IMG/VR virus record: IMGVR_UViG_3300045988_141072
Location: 1 to 64,000 of that record
Direction: 5' to 3' (one strand)
Source of the DNA: a virus
Length of the DNA stretch: 64,000 nucleotides
The translations under genes were made by a program, and so were the position numbers. Shown here in pieces: positions 1-7,931 of this stretch (its first letter is position 1; each line of letters begins with the position of its first letter). Under the pieces are notes generated by a model that saw only the letters and a list, made by a program, of their open reading frames with translations, was not told the origin of the DNA and did not search any database.

Positions 1-251
1 GCATTTGAGATAGCGTTGAACAGATTATATGAAGGAATCAACTCTGGAAATTTTATAAACCCACAAGCGGATTAAGTTCTGCTTGTGGTGATAAACCACA
101 GTTGGTTGGTGGTATTGGTGAAATAAATTATGGAAAGCAGTTTCGTCAAGGTAACAGAGTGTATGATTCAGACCATATAGCAATGTGTTTACTAGCACAG
201 CCTGTAGGTAATGCCGGTGGATTTAGTTATTTATATGTGGTTAGAGAATAA
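1..251 (+). CDS. Partial ORF(s) entering from upstream, split over two frames; distal part has a C5-cytosine DNA methyltransferase-like segment
   Basis: Frame 1 is open from the window edge to TAA 73-75 (..AFEIALNRLYEGINSGNFINPQAD*). Frame 3 is open 33-251 with no ATG (..GKQFRQGNRVYDSDHIAMCLLAQPVGNAGG..VVRE*). The Q-x-N-R-V-Y..L-x-A-Q..GG pattern recalls the variable region of Dcm-type enzymes, but the C-terminal motifs that normally follow are absent. Confidence 0.25.
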
Positions 252-360
252 AAGGAGAATAATACAATAGATAGTTAAAAGCAAAACAGTATATACAATA
301 TATAGTATTAAACAATTGCAACAAATACTATATATTGTATAAAAACCAAGACCGAAAGAA
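243..360 (+). promoter_or_regulatory. Intergenic regulatory cassette, copy 1 (conserved 20-mer plus 18-bp perfect inverted repeat)
   Basis: AGAATAATACAATAGATAGT at 256-275 recurs 19/20 at 19751-19770. TATACAATATATAGTATT (292-309) has its exact reverse complement at 324-341, separated by a 14-nt spacer containing CAATTG. Confidence 0.55.
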
Positions 361-391
361 AGCGGAATTTCTTGTGTTGAAAGGAGATAAT

Positions 392-1114
392 ATGTATCCA
401 GAATACGATGATTTTTATGAGCCAAGTGAAGGCGAAATGTTTTTTGATGAAATGAAAGAAAAGTTCAGAGAAATTTTACGTGAAGATATAAATTCTGAAA
501 TCAGCAGATTAACAAAAGAGAATGTAGAATTAAGACAAAAGGTTAAAGAGTACAATGATAAAAATTTAAATCTTTCTTGTAGAGAAAGAGATTTACAGTA
601 CAAGATAGACAATTACAAGCGAGAGGTAGAGAAAGACTTTTACAATAAAACAATGGAAGAAGTTTTTGAGAAACTTTTAGAAGACTCAGAAGTGTGGTAT
701 GCAGAACGTGTTCCTCATGAGAAACCAAAATGTAATTTATGTAACAAGGAAAGAAAACTTGTTGCAGTATATCCAGATGGTGAAACTGTGACCAAGGAGT
801 GTAAATGTTCTCGCCCAACATATATTTATGAGCCAGTAATTTCATTGAATAAAGAGATTAAATTTCATAAAGCATATAAACCAAGGTACAGTGATAAAAA
901 GAAAGTCTATTTTACTAAAAATCACGAGCCAAATAAGGATTATGCAGATGCGTATGATTATTACAGTGAATTCAGAATAGAGAATATTTTTGATGATTTT
1001 AATGATGATGTAATTGCATATCACAATGGTAAAAGATATGGAGAAAAAATTGCATTCAGGAGCAAAGAGGCTTGTCAGAAATATTGTGATTGGCTTAATA
1101 AGGAATCAAATTAA
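392..1114 (+). CDS. hypothetical protein (coiled-coil N-terminal half, CxxC..CxC cluster)
   Basis: ORF track 335-1114. The in-frame ATG at 392 follows AAGGAGA by about 5 nt; the upstream part of the ORF overlaps the dyad cassette. Confidence 0.7.
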   Translation: MYPEYDDFYEPSEGEMFFDEMKEKFREILREDINSEISRLTKENVELRQKVKEYNDKNLNLSCRERDLQYKIDNYKREVEKDFYNKTMEEVFEKLLEDSEVWYAERVPHEKPKCNLCNKERKLVAVYPDGETVTKECKCSRPTYIYEPVISLNKEIKFHKAYKPRYSDKKKVYFTKNHEPNKDYADAYDYYSEFRIENIFDDFNDDVIAYHNGKRYGEKIAFRSKEACQKYCDWLNKESN

Positions 1115-1142
1115 ACATAGATTTCCTTCGGGATGAAAAGAG

Positions 1143-1472
1143 GTGAAGTTTTTGAAAATCGTACAGAATAAATCACATTATGATTTTAGAATAAAAATCG
1201 GAAATAACCATGTAACTGTTGCAACGCTTCATCCGTGGTTATTCAGTAAACATAATCATAAATACAGTCTGTATTTTTATTATTATGGAGCTGAATATGA
1301 AGAAGGAACGTATGCTTGTTGTCATAGAAATGGAAATGAAAAGATGATGGTATATGAACAAGAAAATGAACTTCATGAAGAATTTCTTGAAAGAGTGAGA
1401 AGAATAGTTTCAAAGAAACTGTATGTCATAGGAAGTTCAATCTTGGAAGAAATAAAATATATTGAGAATTAA
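1143..1472 (+). CDS. hypothetical protein
   Basis: ORF track. The start is GTG 1143 or TTG 1152, directly after AAGAGGTG. Confidence 0.6.
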   Translation: MKFLKIVQNKSHYDFRIKIGNNHVTVATLHPWLFSKHNHKYSLYFYYYGAEYEEGTYACCHRNGNEKMMVYEQENELHEEFLERVRRIVSKKLYVIGSSILEEIKYIEN

Positions 1473-1500
1473 AAATATAATTCAATAGGAGGTGCAGCCT

Positions 1501-2130
1501 ATGGGGAATATTCAGATAAATGATAAAGTGATAATAAAAAGTTCCTGTAATAGTAGGGGACAAACTGGATTTGTTATAGACACATATAATGTAGGTACAC
1601 AGAAATATGTTATGGTTCAATTAAAGGATAGAAAACAAGGATATAACGTTTTGTCAGTAGAAAAAGTTGAAAGTGAGGATAATAAAATGACAGGATTTAG
1701 TAAAGTGGCGATTGTAAATTTGGTAGATGATTACAATAAAAAGGATTATGGATTTGCTTTATACGATGAAGATATCAATGAAATTGTTAAGTATGATACC
1801 AATCATCCATTATATCTGATTGTAAATGCAAGAGGAAAAGATAATAGAGTTCTTGGAATTTTAAAAGAAATTAAGACAGTCGAAGAATATGGTAAAGGTG
1901 TGACAGCTCAGGTTGTTGGTGTCGTTAATATGAACGCATATAATGCAAGAATTGATGAGGAAAATCATCAGAAAGAAATTGCAAAGCAGAAAGCTTCTAT
2001 TGAGAAGGAATTAAAGTCTGAGATTGAAAAGATGAATAATATTGCTTTATATGAAAAGATGGCAAAGGAGCATCCTGAGAATCCAAGACTCGCTGAACTT
2101 GTTAATGCACTGAAAGAGTTAGGAGAATAA
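1501..2130 (+). CDS. hypothetical protein
   Basis: ORF track 1492-2130. ATG 1501 lies 8 nt after GGAGG. Ends GGAGAATAA, which serves as the SD for the next gene. Confidence 0.7.
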   Translation: MGNIQINDKVIIKSSCNSRGQTGFVIDTYNVGTQKYVMVQLKDRKQGYNVLSVEKVESEDNKMTGFSKVAIVNLVDDYNKKDYGFALYDEDINEIVKYDTNHPLYLIVNARGKDNRVLGILKEIKTVEEYGKGVTAQVVGVVNMNAYNARIDEENHQKEIAKQKASIEKELKSEIEKMNNIALYEKMAKEHPENPRLAELVNALKELGE

Positions 2131-2131
2131 T

Positions 2132-2392
2132 ATGGCAGGATTTGTATCAAAACAACCAAACGGATTATATTGTAGATTTTCGAGTGTCACGGATTGTCCT
2201 ACGGCATGGAACATGACACGAGAAGATTATATCAATATGAAAATGCAGGAAGCAAAAGAAGACGCTGAAGATGTGTTGGATAATTATTTAAAGCCGTTTG
2301 ATATGGTGATGGATATGTATTATCCAAACAATATGACAAAAGAGGAATTTGATAAATTCCTTGAAGAGACTGGATATAGCAAAGGAGAATAA
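2132..2392 (+). CDS. hypothetical protein
   Basis: ORF track. The ATG is 1 nt after the upstream stop; the SD is embedded in the upstream GGAGAATAA. Confidence 0.7.
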   Translation: MAGFVSKQPNGLYCRFSSVTDCPTAWNMTREDYINMKMQEAKEDAEDVLDNYLKPFDMVMDMYYPNNMTKEEFDKFLEETGYSKGE

Positions 2393-2397
2393 GCCAT

Positions 2398-2547
2398 ATG
2401 AAGAACTGTGTAATTTTAGAAATGGAAAATTGCAATGATTTTGAAAATGCAATGAATGATTATTTAGATGATGGATACAAAGTAGAATCCAGTTCATGCA
2501 ATAGTAGATACTATAAAGCAATTCTTGTGTTGAAGGAGGAGGAATAA
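2398..2547 (+). CDS. small hypothetical protein (49 aa)
   Basis: Hand-translated MKNCVILEMENCNDFENAMNDYLDDGYKVESSSCNSRYYKAILVLKEEE*. The ATG is 5 nt after GGAGAATAA; the ORF fills an otherwise empty gap and ends in GGAGGAGGAATAA just before the next ATG. Confidence 0.45.
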   Translation: MKNCVILEMENCNDFENAMNDYLDDGYKVESSSCNSRYYKAILVLKEEE

Positions 2548-2552
2548 ACCAT

Positions 2553-2825
2553 ATGAAGAAGAAATTTTTAGCAGTTGTTTTAGGATTGACATTATGTTTT
2601 GGAATGACCGGATGTACAAAAGGTGATATTGAGCCTGAAAGCAGCATTCTTGGAAATAAATATATAGACTTAGTAACAATTTATAAAGACGATGGACAGA
2701 GCACTGAAGTTCTCTATGATAAAAATACAAAAGTAATGTATTTTTTAAAACGAAATGATCATCAATTTGGAATCACACCTATCTATAATTCAGATGGAAC
2801 AGTTAAATTATATGACGGAGAATAA
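2553..2825 (+). CDS. putative lipoprotein
   Basis: N-terminus MKKKFLAVVLGLTLCFGMTGC has a basic n-region, a hydrophobic core and a lipobox-like GMTG-C. Confidence 0.7.
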   Translation: MKKKFLAVVLGLTLCFGMTGCTKGDIEPESSILGNKYIDLVTIYKDDGQSTEVLYDKNTKVMYFLKRNDHQFGITPIYNSDGTVKLYDGE

Positions 2826-2826
2826 T

Positions 2827-3471
2827 ATGATAGATGATAAATTACGTCAGCAATATAGACAAGCTGTTGATGATTTGAAAATAGCGTTTAAGAAGACTTA
2901 TTTGTACAGATTTTGCGAAGAAGTTGTGAAGAGATTAAGTGAGATCTTGGATAATAAAGGAGGAAATAAATTGGATAAAGAATTAAAATATTATTCGTTT
3001 CAAGATATATTAAAATTTTTGAGTTTTGATCATGAATTTAAAAGAAAAGATAATTATCCGTTCAATAAAGGTCGAGATAAGGTTGAATTTTCGTGGGGAC
3101 AAGTAATTATTCCTAAAAATGGTATTAGAGAAATGGTTCAGAATAAAATTTCAGACATAAAAGAACAACCTTTATCTGAAATTAAGATGATTTATTCTAT
3201 TCCGTTTAGAGTTGATGATGGAGCTTTTGGTTCTGTTTATAAAAACATAAGTCTCACATTCAGATATGATAAACAATTTAAATATGGGGATATTACAAAA
3301 TCAATTTATGAAGTATGTTTTTGGATTTTAGACAAAGCGATAGAGACGAATGATTTTTATATTATTACCAATGATATGGTACAAGAATTTATGAGTTATT
3401 GTGTATGTTGTAATCAATGGGGATTAGGATCGTTAGTAATTGGTTCGTCTCCAACAGAATACTTAAGATAA
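2827..3471 (+). CDS. hypothetical protein
   Basis: ORF track 2755-3471. The in-frame ATG at 2827 follows GGAGAATAA. Confidence 0.7.
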   Translation: MIDDKLRQQYRQAVDDLKIAFKKTYLYRFCEEVVKRLSEILDNKGGNKLDKELKYYSFQDILKFLSFDHEFKRKDNYPFNKGRDKVEFSWGQVIIPKNGIREMVQNKISDIKEQPLSEIKMIYSIPFRVDDGAFGSVYKNISLTFRYDKQFKYGDITKSIYEVCFWILDKAIETNDFYIITNDMVQEFMSYCVCCNQWGLGSLVIGSSPTEYLR

Positions 3472-3527
3472 TCATAAACAAAAGTAAACCGAAGTTTCCT
3501 TCGGACGATAAGAAAGAGAGGTAAAAT

Positions 3528-3935
3528 ATGGATATTTGTTTAACAGTATTAATTGGATTAATGGGAATTTGTATAGGAGCACTTATTGGGCTTGGGATTT
3601 CTTTTAAGATCAATCATAATTACATACTTGGAATGAACGATATTACTAAAGAATATTTAGGAAAAGTAATTGATTTAGAAAAAGGATATTTCAATACAAT
3701 TGCGACAGATTTAGCAAAAGCAGTAGATGACATTAACAAAGTATATGAAAAGCCAATTTGGAGAAAGACAGAAGAAGAATTGCCACCATGTTCAGGATTA
3801 TATTATGGCAAAATTAAAGGTAATCCACATGGAGAAAATGCTATGTGGAAAGTGATATATAACGACAATGAATGGAGTTTATCTGGTTATCATGATAATA
3901 AAGTAGAAATTAGTGAATGGACAGAGATCTATTAA
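3528..3935 (+). CDS. membrane-anchored hypothetical protein, C-terminal DUF551-like region
   Basis: N-terminal hydrophobic helix (LTVLIGLMGICIGALIGLGI). The C-terminal W..ELPP..W..W..W pattern resembles small phage DUF551 proteins. Confidence 0.6.
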   Translation: MDICLTVLIGLMGICIGALIGLGISFKINHNYILGMNDITKEYLGKVIDLEKGYFNTIATDLAKAVDDINKVYEKPIWRKTEEELPPCSGLYYGKIKGNPHGENAMWKVIYNDNEWSLSGYHDNKVEISEWTEIY

Positions 3936-3978
3936 GACAATAATACATTGAAAGAAATCTTTCGTTCGGAGGTAATAC

Positions 3979-4197
3979 ATGAATAAGAAATGGATTTTAT
4001 GTAATGACAATATTCCTGATGATATGAAAATCGTCCTTGTCACTTATAAAAAGTATATTAATTATGAGAAGACAATGAATAAAATAACATTAGCATATCA
4101 TTATCAAAATAATTGGTATAACGAAAATCACGAATTTCTTAATGTGATTGCATGGATGTATGTGCCAAAACCATTTGGAATAACAGAGAATAATTAA
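3979..4197 (+). CDS. DUF551-like small phage protein
   Basis: MNKKWILCNDNIPDD..VLVTY...W..V.AWMYVPKPF pattern. SD is GGAGGT, 7 nt upstream. Confidence 0.55.
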   Translation: MNKKWILCNDNIPDDMKIVLVTYKKYINYEKTMNKITLAYHYQNNWYNENHEFLNVIAWMYVPKPFGITENN

Positions 4198-4213
4198 CTG
4201 TGAGGTGAACGCC

Positions 4214-4435
4214 ATGTTTGGTTATGTTAAAAAGAAAGAATATGATGAACTATACAGCTATTATCAAGCCACATTGAAAAACATAAAGGGATATCAGAGG
4301 TTTCTTGAAGAACAAGAAAAGCGTACAGAATTAGAATATAAACGAGCCGAGTATTGGAAGGCTAAAGTATTATACCCTAATTCAGAGCCTTATGTTGAAG
4401 GCGATATGAAGACAGTTAAATATATCAAAAGTTGA
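4214..4435 (+). CDS. hypothetical protein
   Basis: ORF track 4205-4435. ATG 4214 lies 6 nt after GAGGTG. Confidence 0.6.
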   Translation: MFGYVKKKEYDELYSYYQATLKNIKGYQRFLEEQEKRTELEYKRAEYWKAKVLYPNSEPYVEGDMKTVKYIKS

Positions 4436-4492
4436 GAACCAATTAAAGCGATATTTCTTCAGATTGTAATAAGTGAACAGGAGGATAATTTA

Positions 4493-4921
4493 ATGAGAAT
4501 AGTAGATAGAAAAACATTGGCTACAATGCCAAATGGAACAGTATTTTGTGGATATACACCAGATTCATTGGATGGTGATTTTGAGATTATTACAGGACAC
4601 AATGAAAAATATGATGGAGTTAAGAACAAAGTGGGTTTTTATAGCACGTTGTCATTGTCGCCATTTATTGACCATGAAAACAAATGTGTTATAGGAACAG
4701 AGAGAATTACTAATTGGGCAACCGTTGATACTTGTGATTACGATTTTGATGAAAACCAGTTGTTTGCAGTATTTAGCAAAACAGAAGTTAGAGCTATGAT
4801 TACAGTTCTTCAGTATGCGTTATCTGATTGCGGATTTTCAATAAGTAAGTTTATGGACACATATTTTTATAAAGATGAAGAAATTGATGAGAAAGATTTA
4901 GAAGATTGGATTGATGATTAA
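4493..4921 (+). CDS. hypothetical protein
   Basis: ORF track; SD is CAGGAGGA. Confidence 0.7.
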   Translation: MRIVDRKTLATMPNGTVFCGYTPDSLDGDFEIITGHNEKYDGVKNKVGFYSTLSLSPFIDHENKCVIGTERITNWATVDTCDYDFDENQLFAVFSKTEVRAMITVLQYALSDCGFSISKFMDTYFYKDEEIDEKDLEDWIDD

Positions 4922-4990
4922 GACCAATGAAATTTTGGTTTCTTGGCTTGTTACGAAACTAAGTAACAATGTAGACACAATAAAGAGCAT

Positions 4991-5107
4991 ATGGATTCTG
5001 TAGTAAAGGGTAGTCCATTTGCAACAGTATATTTCTGTAGAGATTTATTACCAAAGGATCTAATTGTTGAAAAATTGGTTACATATGAAAGACTATTAGG
5101 AGAATAA
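4991..5107 (+). CDS. small hypothetical protein (38 aa)
   Basis: Hand-translated MDSVVKGSPFATVYFCRDLLPKDLIVEKLVTYERLLGE*. Ends in GGAGAATAA 4 nt before the next ATG, like many neighbours. Confidence 0.4.
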   Translation: MDSVVKGSPFATVYFCRDLLPKDLIVEKLVTYERLLGE

Positions 5108-5111
5108 TTAT

Positions 5112-5564
5112 ATGAGCAAGAAAGAAGAATGGATGGTTCATATTTGGGGTGGTGCATGGAATCACGATGCCAATCCATCCATCGAGAAAGATTTAGGTAT
5201 AAAAGAGGGTTATTACTATTTTAATACTGAAGAAGAAAAGAATAAGTTTATTCAGTTAATCAGGCAGGATAAATATGAGAAACAAGGACTGGCAACTGAT
5301 TGTAAACATGGAATTATAACTCATAAGAGGACAATTTTTGTTGCTACTCTCAAATATAAGGATAAAACATTTGTCATTCATTACGACTTAGGATATGAAT
5401 ATCCAGAAGATAGTGCAATTTTCTATTTCACAGAAGGTAATTTTGGTTGTGATTGCAATAGAAGTCTTGCTATTAGATGGGAATATGGAGAAGATGCAAT
5501 TCCTGAATTACCTTGTGGAGATGAAATTGAAATGGCAGATTATCATGTCGAGTATCAAGATTAG
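5112..5564 (+). CDS. hypothetical protein
   Basis: ORF track; coupled to the upstream GGAGAATAA. Confidence 0.7.
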   Translation: MSKKEEWMVHIWGGAWNHDANPSIEKDLGIKEGYYYFNTEEEKNKFIQLIRQDKYEKQGLATDCKHGIITHKRTIFVATLKYKDKTFVIHYDLGYEYPEDSAIFYFTEGNFGCDCNRSLAIRWEYGEDAIPELPCGDEIEMADYHVEYQD

Positions 5565-5655
5565 TAGAGAATAATAAAAAGTAATCTCTGAAATACCTTA
5601 AAATCAAGGCTTTCAGAGGTTGAAAAAGCCAAGGAAAACCACGTTTCTTTCGAGG
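5565..5655 (+). repeat. Conserved intergenic element, copy A (TAGAGAATAA + hairpin + AAAAAGCC + dyad)
   Basis: TAGAGAATAA at 5565-5574. Hairpin CTCTGAAATACCTT/AAGGCTTTCAGAG at 5586-5618. The block TTTCAGAGGTTGAAAAAGCCAAGGAAAACCACGTTTCTT is about 80 percent identical by eye to 37931-37970. Confidence 0.6.
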
Positions 5656-5665
5656 AGGTGATTGA

Positions 5666-5827
5666 TTGGATACATCATGTGAAACTTGTAAATGTAATAC
5701 CTGTAAGATGAATGAAAATGGTGGCATTTATGGTGGATGTTTTGATTGTGAAGATTGCAAAGAACAAAATCTTTATTGTGAAGATTGTTCAATGTATGAA
5801 TATGACAAATACAGATTGAGTAATTAG
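5666..5827 (+). CDS. small Cys-rich protein (53 aa, TTG start)
   Basis: Hand-translated (M)DTSCETCKCNTCKMNENGGIYGGCFDCEDCKEQNLYCEDCSMYEYDKYRLSN*. The TTG lies about 8 nt after GAGGAGGTGAT. Confidence 0.45.
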   Translation: MDTSCETCKCNTCKMNENGGIYGGCFDCEDCKEQNLYCEDCSMYEYDKYRLSN

Positions 5828-5836
5828 GAGAAATTT

Positions 5837-6340
5837 ATGGGTAAATCATTAGAATTTGTAAAAGAACGAATTGAATCAGGTCAGTGCAATGGTATGGAAA
5901 ATAACAAATATGAATCTATGGTTGAGCAGGACATACGAGAGTTATTCAATGTTGTTAATTACACTAAAGATGGAACAATTTTAGCAGATGTACCTTATCT
6001 TAAAGGTGACAAGCCTTATTTCAATGTAATTATTAAGCGTGATCCAGATGCAGATTTTGAGTATTTCACAATGCAGCGTTGTAATTGTGATGGAACGTTT
6101 ATATTCTTTCAAAACTTGATGAATGAGTGCATAGATAAAATGATTCATCTCAAGACTTGTAATGTAAATAAGGAGATACCAAAAGACTTAACTGGATATT
6201 CTATCATCTATACTGTCGGAGATTTTGTATTAGCAGAAGAATTTGGTGGTGAATTTGCAACAAAAGAAAAACCTTGGATGCAGAGTAGATTTACAGTTAT
6301 GTTGCCAATTAAATTTGATGTAGTGAAGAATGGAGAATAA
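5837..6340 (+). CDS. hypothetical protein
   Basis: ORF track; SD is TAGGAGA. Confidence 0.7.
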   Translation: MGKSLEFVKERIESGQCNGMENNKYESMVEQDIRELFNVVNYTKDGTILADVPYLKGDKPYFNVIIKRDPDADFEYFTMQRCNCDGTFIFFQNLMNECIDKMIHLKTCNVNKEIPKDLTGYSIIYTVGDFVLAEEFGGEFATKEKPWMQSRFTVMLPIKFDVVKNGE

Positions 6341-6344
6341 CAGT

Positions 6345-6593
6345 ATGGAGTCATCACAAGATGAAAGACAAAAATTTTTAGAATTAATAGATAGAGTAAG
6401 TCCTTGTGCTGCAATTTCTGAAAAAGAAAATCTTGAAAAGTTTAAAGAGTGGCTGGATAGTAATAGATCAAAAAGAGTTACATTTGTTGAAGCTCCAAAA
6501 ACATTTAAATATCAAGTTGGAAATGACAAAGTGCTTCTTATACCAACAAATATACCAGAAAAGATAATAAAAGTTACATTTGAAGGAGAATAA
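6345..6593 (+). CDS. hypothetical protein
   Basis: ORF track 6330-6593. ATG 6345 follows GGAGAATAA. Confidence 0.65.
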   Translation: MESSQDERQKFLELIDRVSPCAAISEKENLEKFKEWLDSNRSKRVTFVEAPKTFKYQVGNDKVLLIPTNIPEKIIKVTFEGE

Positions 6594-6597
6594 CAAT

Positions 6598-6876
6598 ATG
6601 AGAGCATATGAATTGCGACAGCATGACGTAATTTCTTATTATCCTCCACAACCACACAAACAGGAATATAAACTTGGAGAACACATTTCTATTAACGAAT
6701 TAGCTGAAACAATGTTTGGTTCACCTGCTTTAAGGTTAGAAAGAGATAAAAATGAGAACAAGATGCTTCGAGTTATAGAAATAAAATATGTAAAATTCCC
6801 TTGGTGGAAGTTTTGGAAGAGAAGAAAATATGTTGAAGAATATCATTTAGAAGTTATAGGAGGAATAAATAGATGA
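6598..6876 (+). CDS. hypothetical protein
   Basis: ORF track 6580-6876. ATG 6598 follows GGAGAATAA. Confidence 0.65.
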   Translation: MRAYELRQHDVISYYPPQPHKQEYKLGEHISINELAETMFGSPALRLERDKNENKMLRVIEIKYVKFPWWKFWKRRKYVEEYHLEVIGGINR

Positions 6877-7198
6877 ATAAAGAAGGATCAACTTCTAATA
6901 TTACATATTCTGCTGAAGATTTGGTAAAGCATTTAAAATTATTTTAAAAAGATTAAATGAAGCAAAGAATGAAAAAACAGAAATTATACACATATGTAGT
7001 ACATGTAAACATAGATGCACAGAAACATATTTGACGCAGGATTGGATGGTTGAAAAAGTTTGGCACAATTGGTGTGCCCTTGATAAAAAATATATGGAAA
7101 CAGAATATGGTCATGGTAATGGCGAACATTTTTCAGAGCCATGTAATCATTGGGAAATGTCGGATTATTATGAAGACAAGGAAGATAAGTATGAATAA
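6873..7198 (+). CDS. Cys-rich hypothetical protein that needs a -1 frameshift (or is split or a pseudogene)
   Basis: ATG 6873 (SD AGGAGGA, ATGA overlap with the upstream stop) opens only 24 codons, to TAA 6945-6947. The -1 frame is open 6917-7198 with no SD-linked start (..IILKRLNEAKNEKTEIIHICSTCKHRC..). The heptamer T_TTA_AAA at 6932-6938 is in the correct phase. Confidence 0.35.
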
Positions 7199-7472
7199 GA
7201 GACAGAAAAAGAAATTATTTAAGCAGACACTTATTAAGGTTAGAAAATTGCATCCACAGAAGGGTGATGTGATTTGTTTTCAGCCTAATCTTGATTATGT
7301 TGACTTGGGAACTATGTGTGATTTTTTAAGGGTATATGAGGATAATAAGATTTTTGGAGAAGCTATACTCGCTATTATTCCGTCAGACATTAAACATATA
7401 TATGGTGGTAAAGAATTAGCACAAGTCTTTGTAGACAAGTTACAGAGTATTGTAGATCAGATGGGAGAATAA
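7191..7472 (+). CDS. hypothetical protein
   Basis: ORF track 7050-7472. ATG 7191 follows AAGGAAG; the upstream part of that track ORF overlaps the other-frame ORF ending at 7198. Confidence 0.65.
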   Translation: MNKRQKKKLFKQTLIKVRKLHPQKGDVICFQPNLDYVDLGTMCDFLRVYEDNKIFGEAILAIIPSDIKHIYGGKELAQVFVDKLQSIVDQMGE

Positions 7473-7476
7473 TAGT

Positions 7477-7575
7477 ATGAGTAAATATAAGGTAAGTAAT
7501 TATATTGCGAAAAAGTGGGAAGATATTTCAAAAGAGACACCAATGTATAAAGCTTATAACTTAGGTATAGCATAG
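7477..7575 (+). CDS. small hypothetical protein (32 aa)
   Basis: Hand-translated MSKYKVSNYIAKKWEDISKETPMYKAYNLGIA*. The ATG is 5 nt after GGAGAATAA. Confidence 0.35.
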   Translation: MSKYKVSNYIAKKWEDISKETPMYKAYNLGIA

Positions 7576-7578
7576 GGA

Positions 7579-7857
7579 ATGGCTTGGAGTTATGAAAATT
7601 TAAAATCTGCAACAGATAAGGAAACAGCCGATAAAATATGGCGCAATTATTTAGATGGAACAGATGAATTATGCACCATTTTTAGAACAATTGTTAGTTT
7701 ATCAAATGATGATACCAATTCAAAAATTGAAAAATTAATGGAAAGGCTATCTGAGACTAAGAAACCAGAAAAAGTTATGTCTGATGATGATAGAGATATG
7801 ATTGAGGAGTTCCTTGAATATCTACAACATAAAAATGAAAATAAAGATTCTGAGTAA
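7579..7857 (+). CDS. hypothetical protein
   Basis: ORF track. Confidence 0.6.
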   Translation: MAWSYENLKSATDKETADKIWRNYLDGTDELCTIFRTIVSLSNDDTNSKIEKLMERLSETKKPEKVMSDDDRDMIEEFLEYLQHKNENKDSE

Positions 7858-7931
7858 AGAAGCATTTCCTTGGAGTTTTGAACGATAAAAAGAGAATAAA
7901 TACATAGAAAATAGAAAGAGAGGTACTGAAA

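Noticed and set aside
292-341. The 18-bp inverted repeat as a replication origin or cos/pac site
   Set aside because: There are no iterons, adjacent initiator or terminase genes. Its duplication in front of another gene block (19790-19831) fits a transcriptional operator better. The origin/pac idea is left only as an untested alternative.
4951-5178. 75-aa minus-strand ORF in the 4922-5111 gap
   Set aside because: The gap is better explained by a + strand 38-codon ORF ending in GGAGAATAA plus the TTTCTTGG leader motif. The minus ORF overlaps the next + gene start.
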